NCBI GenBank assembly: GCA_947458705.1
Contig: CANHAH010000001.1
Span: 2,151-66,150 of the forward strand
Length of the DNA: 64,000 bases
Direction: 5' to 3'
Source of the DNA: Opitutia bacterium
GTDB lineage: Bacteria; Verrucomicrobiota; Verrucomicrobiia; Opitutales; Opitutaceae
Positions 20,101-28,231 of the stretch are shown one piece after another. The translations under genes and the position numbers were made by a program. Every line of letters starts with the position of its first letter. Positions within the stretch are counted from its first letter, which is position 1. The notes below the pieces were generated by a model, which saw nothing but the letters and a program-made list of their open reading frames with translations, had not been told where the DNA came from and made no database searches.

Positions 20101-22225
20101 TTTTACTGATAGCCGCTTCGGCGCTAAGAAACTCGTATGTACCGTCGGGGTTGGTGCCGGGTTTATTGGTGCCGAAAGGCGTGACCATCGGAACAGAAAG
20201 CAACTCAGGCGGGGTCGTGTCGCCTTTAGCGGCGGCCCAAAGAAGGCGATCGCGGTTGGCGGTGATGACGTCGCGCTGCGTCATTTCCTCCTGCATGATT
20301 TGGTAATTAGTAATTTTGGGCTGATCTTTAACCGATTCGTAAGCAATCTTGGAGCGGTCGCCATAAACGTTGTACCCGTCGACGGTACGGTAGCGATTGT
20401 GCCACTCTTGGTTTTTTGCGTTCACGGCGGCCTGCAACTTGGCGAAGTCGCCTGTGGGCGCGGATTCACCGAAAAGCGTCTGGAACATCACCGGGGCGAA
20501 AGCTGCGTCGCCACCTTGATTAAGGTGCACGCCGTTGATCGTGAGAGGTTGTCCGGCCTTGGCTGCGTCCGCGTAAAGTTTCTGTGATGGAGCGTAAAGA
20601 TCGACGAAAGTCACTCCCGCGCGGTCGCCTGCGACTTCTGCCATGGCCTGCGCGTACATAGCGAGATTGCGATTATTGGTGGGCGGAACCACGAAATTTT
20701 TATCGGGGAGGGTTTCGTTAGCGATGGGGGAAAACAGAACGATCTGCGGTGGGCCGCGCGTGCCGTAGGTTTTGGCGCGGGTTTCGCGCAAGAAGGCATC
20801 AAGATCGGATTTGAATTTAGCGACGCCTTCGGGGCCGGCGAAGGATTCGTTGAAACCGAAGAAGGCGAAGATCACATCAGCGCCGACGCGTGTGAGCCAT
20901 TCATCGGGCGTGCCGAAATCTTTGGAGCGAGCACGAGCGGTGAGTTCATCGCCGGTGACCGCGAGGTTACGCACGACGATTTCGTGCTTTGGATATTTTG
21001 CGTGGATGAGGGTTTCGAACGCGCCAAAGTGCTGCATGCGGTCACCGAGGGCGTTGCCGATAATGGCGATTTTGGTGCCGGGGTTGAGCGCGATGGGCGC
21101 GTTGATTGCAGCGGGAATCGCGGCGGCTTTGGGCGCAGGCGCTGCTTTAGGGGGCTTGGGCGGCACGGTGCCACCGACGGGAAGTACTTTGCCGAGTGCG
21201 TGATCGGCGGGCGTGATACCGGTGCGGTAGCCGTCGAAGCCATACATGCGGGGCGCATAACTATCAAATGGAGTGACCTCAGCTTTAGCTGGGACGTCGA
21301 GGCCGGCGGCCCAATAGGTGGCGTTAACGATGAGACGGCGGAGGGACTCATTTTCTAAATCGGTGGCGGCACCCAGCGTCGTGGTAAATATTTTCGCGGT
21401 AAGGCCGGACTCGGTTTTGTGGAGGCGCGTCCAGACGACGGGCATCGCGGGAGCGTTAACGGGTTGCTCCACTTTAGCGGCGGTTTTTTTGACGTAATCC
21501 GCAGACGCGTCGCTAGGACTCATGCCTTTGAGGACGAGGCCGCGGACGAGGATTTTCGCGTCGGCGGGTGGCGCAGCTTCGTAGACATCGGAGTTGCCAA
21601 AAAGTTCGGTGACCCCGCGTAGAAGCGGATCAGAAGCGGCAGCCGATTCGATGACGCCGCGGGTGGCTTCGACTTTGTGTTTACCCCAATGAGTCACCCA
21701 GGTCTCGCCGAGGACTTGTTTGCCAAACCCACCGGTGGTGGCGGGAGAAATTTTGTTATTCCACGAATAGGCAGACCACGGACTGCCGGCAGGAAAATTA
21801 AAAGCGTGGGTCGAGGTGCGAAGCGCGATGATGGGAACGCCGCGGCGGTGGGCGGCATCGAAACGCTTCATGGCCTCCTCGGGCCAAGCACGGAAACGCA
21901 GCGCCATGATAATGATGTCCGCGGTGTCGAGAGCTTCTGAGCCGGGCAGTGATTTAGCGTTGTTGGGATTGATCGTGCCATCGGCGTCGAGGGCGAAGAG
22001 GACGGTGGTTTTAAAGCCGTGCCGTTGGCTGAGAATTTTCGCCAGCATCGGCAGCGCTTCTTCGCTGCGATATTCTTCGTCACCTGAGAGCAAGACGATG
22101 TGCTTGCCCTTGGCGGCTACGCCGGCCGCGTGTTCGAGGACAAGCGTGGTGGGCGCAGCGGCGGCCGCGAAGGTGAAGCACGAGGCGAGCAAAACGAAGG
22201 GGCGAAGAAAGTGGCGCAGATTCAT
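17132..22225 (-). CDS. ~1,697-aa secreted fusion protein: ThuA-like + divergent SGNH-like + PVC propeller + HEAT repeats + C-terminal azurin-like cupredoxin
   Basis: Start at MNLRHFLRPFVLLASCFTFAAAAAP (signal peptide). ThuA block: GKHIVLLSGDEEYRSEE...IIMALRF. SGNH-like blocks: GFNES and NGVHLN. Propeller: LWVSVWPNYPE, DTDHDGKADK, DTDGDGKAD. Cu site: MPHNVVVV...CTFSGHWALM (nt 17294-17323). Confidence 0.85.
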   Translation of the reverse strand: MNLRHFLRPFVLLASCFTFAAAAAPTTLVLEHAAGVAAKGKHIVLLSGDEEYRSEEALPMLAKILSQRHGFKTTVLFALDADGTINPNNAKSLPGSEALDTADIIIMALRFRAWPEEAMKRFDAAHRRGVPIIALRTSTHAFNFPAGSPWSAYSWNNKISPATTGGFGKQVLGETWVTHWGKHKVEATRGVIESAAASDPLLRGVTELFGNSDVYEAAPPADAKILVRGLVLKGMSPSDASADYVKKTAAKVEQPVNAPAMPVVWTRLHKTESGLTAKIFTTTLGAATDLENESLRRLIVNATYWAAGLDVPAKAEVTPFDSYAPRMYGFDGYRTGITPADHALGKVLPVGGTVPPKPPKAAPAPKAAAIPAAINAPIALNPGTKIAIIGNALGDRMQHFGAFETLIHAKYPKHEIVVRNLAVTGDELTARARSKDFGTPDEWLTRVGADVIFAFFGFNESFAGPEGVAKFKSDLDAFLRETRAKTYGTRGPPQIVLFSPIANETLPDKNFVVPPTNNRNLAMYAQAMAEVAGDRAGVTFVDLYAPSQKLYADAAKAGQPLTINGVHLNQGGDAAFAPVMFQTLFGESAPTGDFAKLQAAVNAKNQEWHNRYRTVDGYNVYGDRSKIAYESVKDQPKITNYQIMQEEMTQRDVITANRDRLLWAAAKGDTTPPELLSVPMVTPFGTNKPGTNPDGTYEFLSAEAAISKMTLAPGLKVNVFASEKEFPELAKAVQMAWDTKGRLWVSVWPNYPERTPTSKLGDSILIFEDTDHDGKADKCTHFLDNLNCPTGFQFYKDGLLVMQAPSLWFVRDTDGDGKADTKERVLMGLDSADSHHTANSLVYEPGGAILLSDGVFHRSQVETAVGPVRNIDGAIYRFEPNTGKFETYAAYGFANPHGRAFDYWGNDIITDATGNNTYFGAAFSGRIDYPEKHPKLKQIWERPSRPSAGSTIITSTHFPEEYWGNYLNPNVIGFQGIFRVKLEDDGAGIKGIRQSDLLSSTDKNFRPIDTSVGPDGAIYIIDWHNPLIGHLQSHLRDSNRDHVHGRIYRVTYEGRPLAVAPKIDGEPIPALLELLKRPENQIRNLAKIELGKHDTAKVIAATKTWIAALDAQSPDYQHNLTEALWLHQWHNVVDLDLLARVLNSPNADARAAATRVIAYWRDRVPEALSLLRLKASDENARVRLHAVRAASFFPEAAAAEVALAATKLPIEYYLDYVIGETLRQLRPFWAKSIGDGSSIAGGDPAAVRYLLRTLKVPDLLKMPRSPDVHEAILSRKGVPDAARAESLVALAEARRTTRLSLLLATIDSPAEVDVKAVGRLLLAQPVEDLRVQRAALLKLALNNVAESRIYAWAALSVIDGSLTALWSEALKSPLSQASFLAGIPLIPDANLRATAYDLVMPLLAASITDIPGPDGTVMAIQRDAIRSAVSTRREPAAVFTAIGGMIARGYQIPTAAQSLRALPRDTWPAAAVSTVARDLIAWASKAHPSERTGRDYIETIGVASQLVDALPNAEAEPLRDTLASLRVAVYVVRTVAEEMRYDTQRIVVQAGKAFELIFENADVMPHNVVVVQPGARQKVGLAAMELPAGHTDRSGRAYVGEDKEIIAATKMLEAGQAETLKITAPRTEGVYEFICTFSGHWALMYGQIVVTKDVDAYLKANPAAAPAARPAVTQLELCDPRLTKPLAATSVILNRIP

Positions 22226-22238
22226 AAAGAGGAAAAAA

Positions 22239-23099
22239 TTAGGCGATGGGGTAACCGGCGGCGGCGATTTCGCGCCGGAGAAATGTGTAGCCGGATTCAG
22301 CGATTTCCCAGGCTGGAGAAAATTCACGCCAAACGTTGATAGCGTTGGCGAAGGCGGGGTCGGAGCGACTGAAGGCTTCGATTGTCATCCAGCCGTCGTA
22401 GCCGACCTCGCGGAGCGTGGTGAGGTTTTCGCGGAAGTTGATATGGCCGGAGCCGGGAGTGCCGCGGTCGTTTTCGCTAAGATGCACGTGAGCGAGAACC
22501 GGAGCGATGGTGCGAATGGCGCCAGCGAAGGTTTTTTCCTCGGTGTTGGCGTGGTGCGTGTCGTACATGGCGCGCACATTGGGGTGATCCGTGAGTTCGA
22601 TCAGCATACGCAGCTGCGCCATGGTATTGCAGAGGTAACACTCGAAGCGGTTGAGCGCTTCAGGGCAGAGGATGACGCCGGCTTGTTTGGCGTAGTCGCC
22701 AGCGGCGCGGAGAATCTCGGCGCTACGTTTGTATTCGTCGGGGTTGATGTCGGCGCGCGTGAACGTGGCGAAGGCGGAATGGAATGGGCCGCAGAGTAAT
22801 TTCGCGCCGCAATCCACGGTGCGGTCGATGTTCCATTTGATGGCATCGAGGCCCTTGGCGCGGATGCTGGCATCTGGGCTAGCAGGATTTGCGTCTGCGC
22901 CGACGATGGTGACACAGGTGACGCCGAGGTTTAAATCGGCGAGGAGTTGTTTGAGACGTTTGTAAGCGGCGGGATCTTGAGCGCCGTTGCAAATCTCGAT
23001 GCCGTCGTAACCAATTTTTTTAAGGCGCTCAATGTGCGGGAAAAAATCGTCGGAGATCGACGCGGTCCAGGCGAGGAGGTTGAAACCGAGTTTAGGCAT
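22239..23099 (-). CDS. Sugar phosphate isomerase/epimerase (xylose-isomerase-like TIM barrel)
   Basis: MPKLGFNLLAW...IGYDGIEI and HVHLSENDRG are metal-site-like blocks typical of the family. The start is set at the internal Met at 23099. Confidence 0.8.
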   Translation of the reverse strand: MPKLGFNLLAWTASISDDFFPHIERLKKIGYDGIEICNGAQDPAAYKRLKQLLADLNLGVTCVTIVGADANPASPDASIRAKGLDAIKWNIDRTVDCGAKLLCGPFHSAFATFTRADINPDEYKRSAEILRAAGDYAKQAGVILCPEALNRFECYLCNTMAQLRMLIELTDHPNVRAMYDTHHANTEEKTFAGAIRTIAPVLAHVHLSENDRGTPGSGHINFRENLTTLREVGYDGWMTIEAFSRSDPAFANAINVWREFSPAWEIAESGYTFLRREIAAAGYPIA

Positions 23100-23163
23100 A
23101 AGAGAAAAGCGAGAGGGGGAGATGGGGCGCAAAAGTCGGCGGCGCCGTCAGAGTTTGTGAGAC

Positions 23164-23199
23164 TAAAAAAGAGGGGGCGGGCCCGACTGGGCCCGCCCC
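23164..23199 (-). terminator. Rho-independent terminator after the Gfo/Idh/MocA gene
   Basis: On the minus strand, GGGGCGGGCCC-agtc-GGGCCCGCCCC (11-bp stem) is followed by cTCTTTTTT. Confidence 0.75.
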
Positions 23200-23212
23200 A
23201 CCCTGCGATAAA

Positions 23213-24358
23213 TCAGACTTGTTTCACCTTGGCCCAACGGCCGGTGGCAGCAGACTTGAGCACCGCGTCGGTAACGTAATCGGTGGCGAGGCCGTCCTTG
23301 AAGTTTGGCGTGCAGCCCTTGCCGCTTTCGAGGCCGCGGATGAACTCAACCATCGCGTGCACAAAGCTGTGTTCGTAGCCGAGTTGAAGGCCGGGGACCC
23401 ACCAATTGCCGCAGTAAGGATGGTCGCCGTCGGAGACGTGAATACTCTTCCAGCCGCGCTCGGGACCGTTGTCGGTGTAATCGAAAACTTGGAGACGATG
23501 CAGGTCGTGCAAATCCCATTTGAGGGACATGTTTTCGCCGTTCACTTCGAACGTGTAGAGGGCTTTGTGGCCGCGGGCGTAACGGGTGGATTCGAAGAGA
23601 CCAAGCGAGCCGTTGTTGAAATGGCAGTGGAAAAGGCAGGCGTCATCAATGCCTACTTTTTGAACTTTGCCGGTGAGGCTGTGTTTACGCTCTTTGACGA
23701 AGGTCTCGGTCATGGCGCTGACATCTTTGATGCCGCCGTTGAGCCAGAGCGCGGTATCAATGCAGTGTGCGAGTAGATCGCCGGTGACGCCGGAACCGGC
23801 CACATTGACATCGAGGCGCCAGAGACCGGTGCCGCCCTGCGGGAGCTCAGGATTGATGGTCCAATCTTGCAGGAAGTTGGCGCGGTAGTGAAACACGCGA
23901 CCGAGTTTGCCAGCGTCGATGAACTGCTTGGCGAGAACGACCGCGGGGCAACGGCGGTAGTTATACCACACCATATTAGCGACGCCGGCTTTCTCGACGG
24001 CCTTGAGCATTTTCTCGGCTTCTTTGCCATTACGGCCGAGGGGTTTTTCGCAGAGGATCATTTTGCCGGCTTTGGCGGCGGCGATGACTTGCTCGGCGTG
24101 GAGGTTATTGGGGGTGGCGATGTCGACGACGTCGATATCGTCGCGGGCGATCAGTTTTTTCCAATCCGTCTCGATGGATTTATAGCCCCACTTGGCGGCG
24201 AATTCTTTCACCTTGGCTTCGTCGCGCCCGCAGACGGCCTGCGGAATGACTTCGTAGGTGGAGGGGAAAAAATGGTTAACTTGGTGAAAGGCGTTGCTGT
24301 GAGCGCGGCCCATGAAGCTGTAACCGATGAGACCGACGCGGAGTTGTTTTTTGGCCAT
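23213..24358 (-). CDS. Gfo/Idh/MocA family NAD(P)-dependent oxidoreductase
   Basis: [19 protein letters not shown]-terminal Rossmann motif and the EKP motif (CEKPLG). Confidence 0.9.
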   Translation of the reverse strand: MAKKQLRVGLIGYSFMGRAHSNAFHQVNHFFPSTYEVIPQAVCGRDEAKVKEFAAKWGYKSIETDWKKLIARDDIDVVDIATPNNLHAEQVIAAAKAGKMILCEKPLGRNGKEAEKMLKAVEKAGVANMVWYNYRRCPAVVLAKQFIDAGKLGRVFHYRANFLQDWTINPELPQGGTGLWRLDVNVAGSGVTGDLLAHCIDTALWLNGGIKDVSAMTETFVKERKHSLTGKVQKVGIDDACLFHCHFNNGSLGLFESTRYARGHKALYTFEVNGENMSLKWDLHDLHRLQVFDYTDNGPERGWKSIHVSDGDHPYCGNWWVPGLQLGYEHSFVHAMVEFIRGLESGKGCTPNFKDGLATDYVTDAVLKSAATGRWAKVKQV

Positions 24359-24404
24359 GGAATTTGAAAACGTTTTAAGGTTAAAAAATAAAACCGGGTG
24401 AAAC

Positions 24405-25442
24405 TCAGCCGACCCAACCGTGGTTTTTGCGGACCTCGATCATGGCGGCGAGAATATCGTTCCAGGTCTGCTGTTTCATCATGACCTCGTTGGGGAACAT
24501 GCAACCGTCCCAGCAGATGTGTTTGATTTTCTTGGTGACCTTGCCCTTGCCGTCGCGCAGCCAGTAACCGGAGTCACGCGGGATGTTAAGTTTACCCTTT
24601 GGATCGGTGGCGAGGCAGTGGCGACCGGTCTTTTCGTGTGAGCCTGAGCCGAAGACGGTGCCGTCGTTTTGCGCGACGTGGAAATCGATCGTCCATGGGC
24701 GAAGCGCGGCGGTGAGTTTGACCATGGCTTTGTGAAACTCGGCGGGTTCCCAGTGGTAATTTTTGGGAACGATACGGTGAGCTTCGGCGTTTTCGCCGAG
24801 CGTGTAGAGCAGCGTGTGGGACATATCGGCTTGGAAGCCGACAACTTTGGGCATGTTCACGGCCTCGAGGAGGTTCACCATGTTCTTCCAGCTATGCATG
24901 CCGCCCCAGCAAATTTCGCCTTCGGCCGCGAGGCGTTCACCGGCGTCTTTAGCAATCTTGCCGGCTTCGCGGAAAGACTGAGCGATGAGTTTGGTCACGC
25001 CCTTAGGATCGGCATCCCAGGTTTTGACGCTGGTGGCACTGTCGATGCGGACGACGCCGTAGGGGCGCACGCCGAGATCGCGGAGTTTTTTGGCGATGCG
25101 GACGGCTTTGCGGACGTGGTTTACCCAGTTGGCGCGCGCCGTGGCGTCACCCCCAGCGGCGGCATCGAACCAGACGGGAGCGACGACGGAGCCGACGACG
25201 AGGCCCTTGGATTTGATCTTGGCCGCAAGGGCTTTGATGCCGTCATCGGAGATATCGATGTCGGTGTGCGGATTGTACAAGAACAGGTCGATACCGTCGA
25301 ACTTAACGCCACCGACTTCGGCTTTGGCGGTCATATCGAGCATCGTGTCGAGATCGATGAACGGCTCGGCGCCGGGGCTACCTTTGCCGACGAGACCGGG
25401 CCAGGCAGCGTTATGGAGTTTAGGGAAGTTATTTTCAGCCAT
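24405..25442 (-). CDS. Xylose-isomerase-like TIM-barrel protein (sugar phosphate isomerase/epimerase family)
   Basis: 345 aa. The alternating beta/alpha pattern and the conserved HV/HxD-like blocks ([15 protein letters not shown]) fit the family, which is commonly paired with Gfo/Idh/MocA genes. Confidence 0.7.
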   Translation of the reverse strand: MAENNFPKLHNAAWPGLVGKGSPGAEPFIDLDTMLDMTAKAEVGGVKFDGIDLFLYNPHTDIDISDDGIKALAAKIKSKGLVVGSVVAPVWFDAAAGGDATARANWVNHVRKAVRIAKKLRDLGVRPYGVVRIDSATSVKTWDADPKGVTKLIAQSFREAGKIAKDAGERLAAEGEICWGGMHSWKNMVNLLEAVNMPKVVGFQADMSHTLLYTLGENAEAHRIVPKNYHWEPAEFHKAMVKLTAALRPWTIDFHVAQNDGTVFGSGSHEKTGRHCLATDPKGKLNIPRDSGYWLRDGKGKVTKKIKHICWDGCMFPNEVMMKQQTWNDILAAMIEVRKNHGWVG

Positions 25443-25515
25443 GGGGAGGAGGGGATTTATTGGTGAATGTGGGGGTGGGAGTAAAAAACCGGCGGTGGAA
25501 AACGACGGTTTTTAG

Positions 25516-26787
25516 TTAGAATTTGTTTTTGCGGTAGGCGCCCATTTTGGGGGCGTCGGGATTCACTTCGGGGCCGAAGTAGCGCAAGCAAACCAGCGGC
25601 TCGGTGCTGCTGGTATTTTCGAAGGTAACGCCGGCTTTGGCGCCGTCTTCCGTACAGAAATACTCGTCTTCGGTGAGTTCGTGGAAACGGATGAGCTTCG
25701 GGCTAACGAGCGGTTCGCCGTTAATCTTGCCGGAGCCTTGGACGCAGATCAGGCCGTAAGCGCCGGTGTCCTTAACGGTGCACTTGGTGCCAGGGTCGAT
25801 GGTGATTTCCTTGGCGGTGAAGCACTGTGCGCCGTCGACTTTGCCGTAGACAATCCAGCGATCGACGTAGCCCTCGCTGCGGGTGTCGGCGACGGGGACT
25901 GGCTCGAGGTAGTGGTTGTCCTTAAAGTTTGGGTCGACGTTTTTGTCCCAATCGAGCTGGTCGACAATGAAATCGATGTCTTGGTGTTTGGATTTGGGCA
26001 TGTCTTTGACCAGAAGCGACCACGGTACTTCGCGGCCCTCGACGAGGTTTTGATACATGCCGAAAACGTCGCTGCCCCATTGCGGCTCGTAGGTGCACAG
26101 CGAGCCGGGCGCGTGGAGGATGCAAGGGTCGATGAGCCAGCCGGTGCCGGGTTTGAGGCGGTAGGCTTTGGAGAGATCAAGGATGCCGTTGTCGCCCTTG
26201 TTCCATTTGGCGATGCAATCACGCACCTGGGCCTTGGTCGTACCGGGCTCGAGGCCCATGAATGTGTAGGGGAAATTGTTACCGACGTTATTGTGCTGCG
26301 GCGGGAAGTAGTAGGACTCGGGTTTACCTTCTTGGCCGACGAGTTTGGCCTGGGCGGCGCTTTGATGCATGTGGTGGGGGATAGGTCCCATGTTATCGAA
26401 AAACTTCGAGTAGACGGGCCACTTGCCGTATTTTTTCCAGATGGCTTTTCCGACCAGCGTGGCGCCGGTGTCTTCGACGGCTTGCGCAAGCGTGAGGCGG
26501 CGGTTGCCGATCACTACGTAGCTCAAACCTTCATCAGCGGCGCGGCCTTCGTTGGCGGTGACGGTGGTGGAGGCGAACCAACGCTCGTCGATGCCGCCGC
26601 GGTTCAAACCATAAGCGTAGGTGTCATCAGGATGCAGCTTGATGCGCAGGCCGGGCTGAAGGAACGAGCGCGGGACCCAAGCGGGTGCGAGGCGCAACAA
26701 ACCGCCAGTGCGGGAAAGCTCGGCCTCGACGAGGCTTTGCGTGGATTTTTTAACGATCTTCAGATCGAGGACGGAGGGGATAGACAT
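25516..26787 (-). CDS. Hypothetical protein, phosphomannose-isomerase-like cupin (putative sugar isomerase)
   Basis: WPVYSKFFDNMGPIPHHMHQ resembles the type I PMI block (P.L.K.L......S.QVHP). The C-terminal beta-rich part resembles the second cupin half. The assignment is tentative. Confidence 0.4.
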   Translation of the reverse strand: MSIPSVLDLKIVKKSTQSLVEAELSRTGGLLRLAPAWVPRSFLQPGLRIKLHPDDTYAYGLNRGGIDERWFASTTVTANEGRAADEGLSYVVIGNRRLTLAQAVEDTGATLVGKAIWKKYGKWPVYSKFFDNMGPIPHHMHQSAAQAKLVGQEGKPESYYFPPQHNNVGNNFPYTFMGLEPGTTKAQVRDCIAKWNKGDNGILDLSKAYRLKPGTGWLIDPCILHAPGSLCTYEPQWGSDVFGMYQNLVEGREVPWSLLVKDMPKSKHQDIDFIVDQLDWDKNVDPNFKDNHYLEPVPVADTRSEGYVDRWIVYGKVDGAQCFTAKEITIDPGTKCTVKDTGAYGLICVQGSGKINGEPLVSPKLIRFHELTEDEYFCTEDGAKAGVTFENTSSTEPLVCLRYFGPEVNPDAPKMGAYRKNKF

Positions 26788-26854
26788 GGGAGAAAAATGG
26801 TTTTTAGGTAAAAATTTAAGAACCGAAAAAAACTGGGAGGGGGGGATCTAAGCC

Positions 26855-28069
26855 TTACGGGGTGCGTTGTTGGATGAAGGCGAAAACGCCACGTTTGTTG
26901 GCAACGGCGACATCGGGGCGACCGTCGTTATTTAAATCCGTAACGATAAACTGCGTGCCTACGCCGGAATCATTGTCGATGAGGTGGGGCGTGTAGGTAA
27001 CCGCTTTAGTGAGTGGGTCGCGCGTGAGCTTGAACCAATAGATGACGGCGGCGGCGTTGGGCTCGGGATCGCCTTTGGGACCGTGCGCCCAGTAGCGCTT
27101 GCCGGTGACAACATCGAGGAGCCCATCACCATCAACATCAGCGAGCGCGGTGGCGTGCGGTTGGGAAAATTGGACATCGCCGAGTTTTTGAGTGGGGTCG
27201 CGGCTAAGGATGGCGTGTTCGCGCCACGTGGGCTCAGTGGCCCCGGCGGCAGGGGCTAGCTGCTCGAACCAGCTGACGCCATATTTATGAGCTTCGATGC
27301 TGGTGATGACATCGGCGCGGCCATCGGCGTTGACGTCGTAAACATACATTTGTGCCCCGCCACGGCCGAAATCGGTAGGGTGGAATTTCCACTCAGGATC
27401 ACCGGCTAGGGCGGCGGGTTGCTCCCACCAGCCGTTGTAAGAGAGCAGATCGGCGCGGCCATCAGCGTTGATGTCGCCCGCGCCGATGCCGTGCGTGTAA
27501 CGTTGCCATTCTCCCTCAGGAGAAATCGGGTGAAAGGTCCACGGCGCCGCCGGGTTCGAAGGATTGCGCGTCGCGTAGCCGAGTTTTTTACCACTCGCGA
27601 AAATCAAGGCTTCGGGCTGACCAGCGATGAGTTTTACAAAGTGCGGCGACTCGGTGCCGATGAACGGATAAATCAAATGCCGCGGCCAATCGCCGCCGGC
27701 GGCGCCGGGGTTTTTGAGCCAATGCGCGGGGCGACCGGGCCAGCCGATCTGAATGGCGTCGGGCAAACCGTCGCCATCGATATCGGTCGCGTCGGCGATG
27801 AAGGCGTTGGAATAGCTTTCTTTATCGAAAGCATGCGGAGCGGCGATTTCGGTGCGCTTGGTAAAAGCGGGGCCTTCAAACCAGAATGGGCCAGCGACGA
27901 GGTCGGGTTTACCATCGTGGTTAAAATCAGCCGCCGCAATACTCTCCGCGTAAAAACGCTGATCGAGAACTTGGCGTTTAAAAGAAATCGTTTCAGCCAG
28001 CGCTGCGGAGACCACGAAGCCCCCAACAGCAACAGCCAACAGCAAGCGTGGGGACAAATTCATGGTCAT
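26855..28069 (-). CDS. FG-GAP/VCBS repeat secreted protein
   Basis: Signal peptide. Repeated DxNxDGxxD calcium-loop motifs: DFNHDGKPDL, DIDGDGLPD, DINADGRADL, DVNADGRADV, DVDGDGLLDV, DLNNDGRPDV. Confidence 0.85.
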   Translation of the reverse strand: MTMNLSPRLLLAVAVGGFVVSAALAETISFKRQVLDQRFYAESIAAADFNHDGKPDLVAGPFWFEGPAFTKRTEIAAPHAFDKESYSNAFIADATDIDGDGLPDAIQIGWPGRPAHWLKNPGAAGGDWPRHLIYPFIGTESPHFVKLIAGQPEALIFASGKKLGYATRNPSNPAAPWTFHPISPEGEWQRYTHGIGAGDINADGRADLLSYNGWWEQPAALAGDPEWKFHPTDFGRGGAQMYVYDVNADGRADVITSIEAHKYGVSWFEQLAPAAGATEPTWREHAILSRDPTQKLGDVQFSQPHATALADVDGDGLLDVVTGKRYWAHGPKGDPEPNAAAVIYWFKLTRDPLTKAVTYTPHLIDNDSGVGTQFIVTDLNNDGRPDVAVANKRGVFAFIQQRTP

Positions 28070-28231
28070 GGGGGTTGGGAGCGCGGGGGGATCGGACCAA
28101 AAGGGGACTACGGCACGATGACCCTACCGCTCAGACGAACAAACGAATAGAAAGGCTGCGACAAGTTTTTGTGTAAAAACGTCACTCGATCAACCATGGC
28201 AACTAGGCCGGCCCAAGCGCCACGGGGCCGC

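Noticed and set aside
21816-22799. 327-aa plus-strand ORF spanning the 5' end of the giant gene and the TIM-barrel gene
   Set aside because: It is antisense to two well-supported genes with recognisable motifs. Its Ala/Arg/Gly/Ser-rich low-complexity translation is typical of shadow ORFs in high-GC DNA. I applied the same reasoning to 25681-26811, 24669-25466, 27419-28150, 23219-23776, 19883-20587 and similar ORFs.
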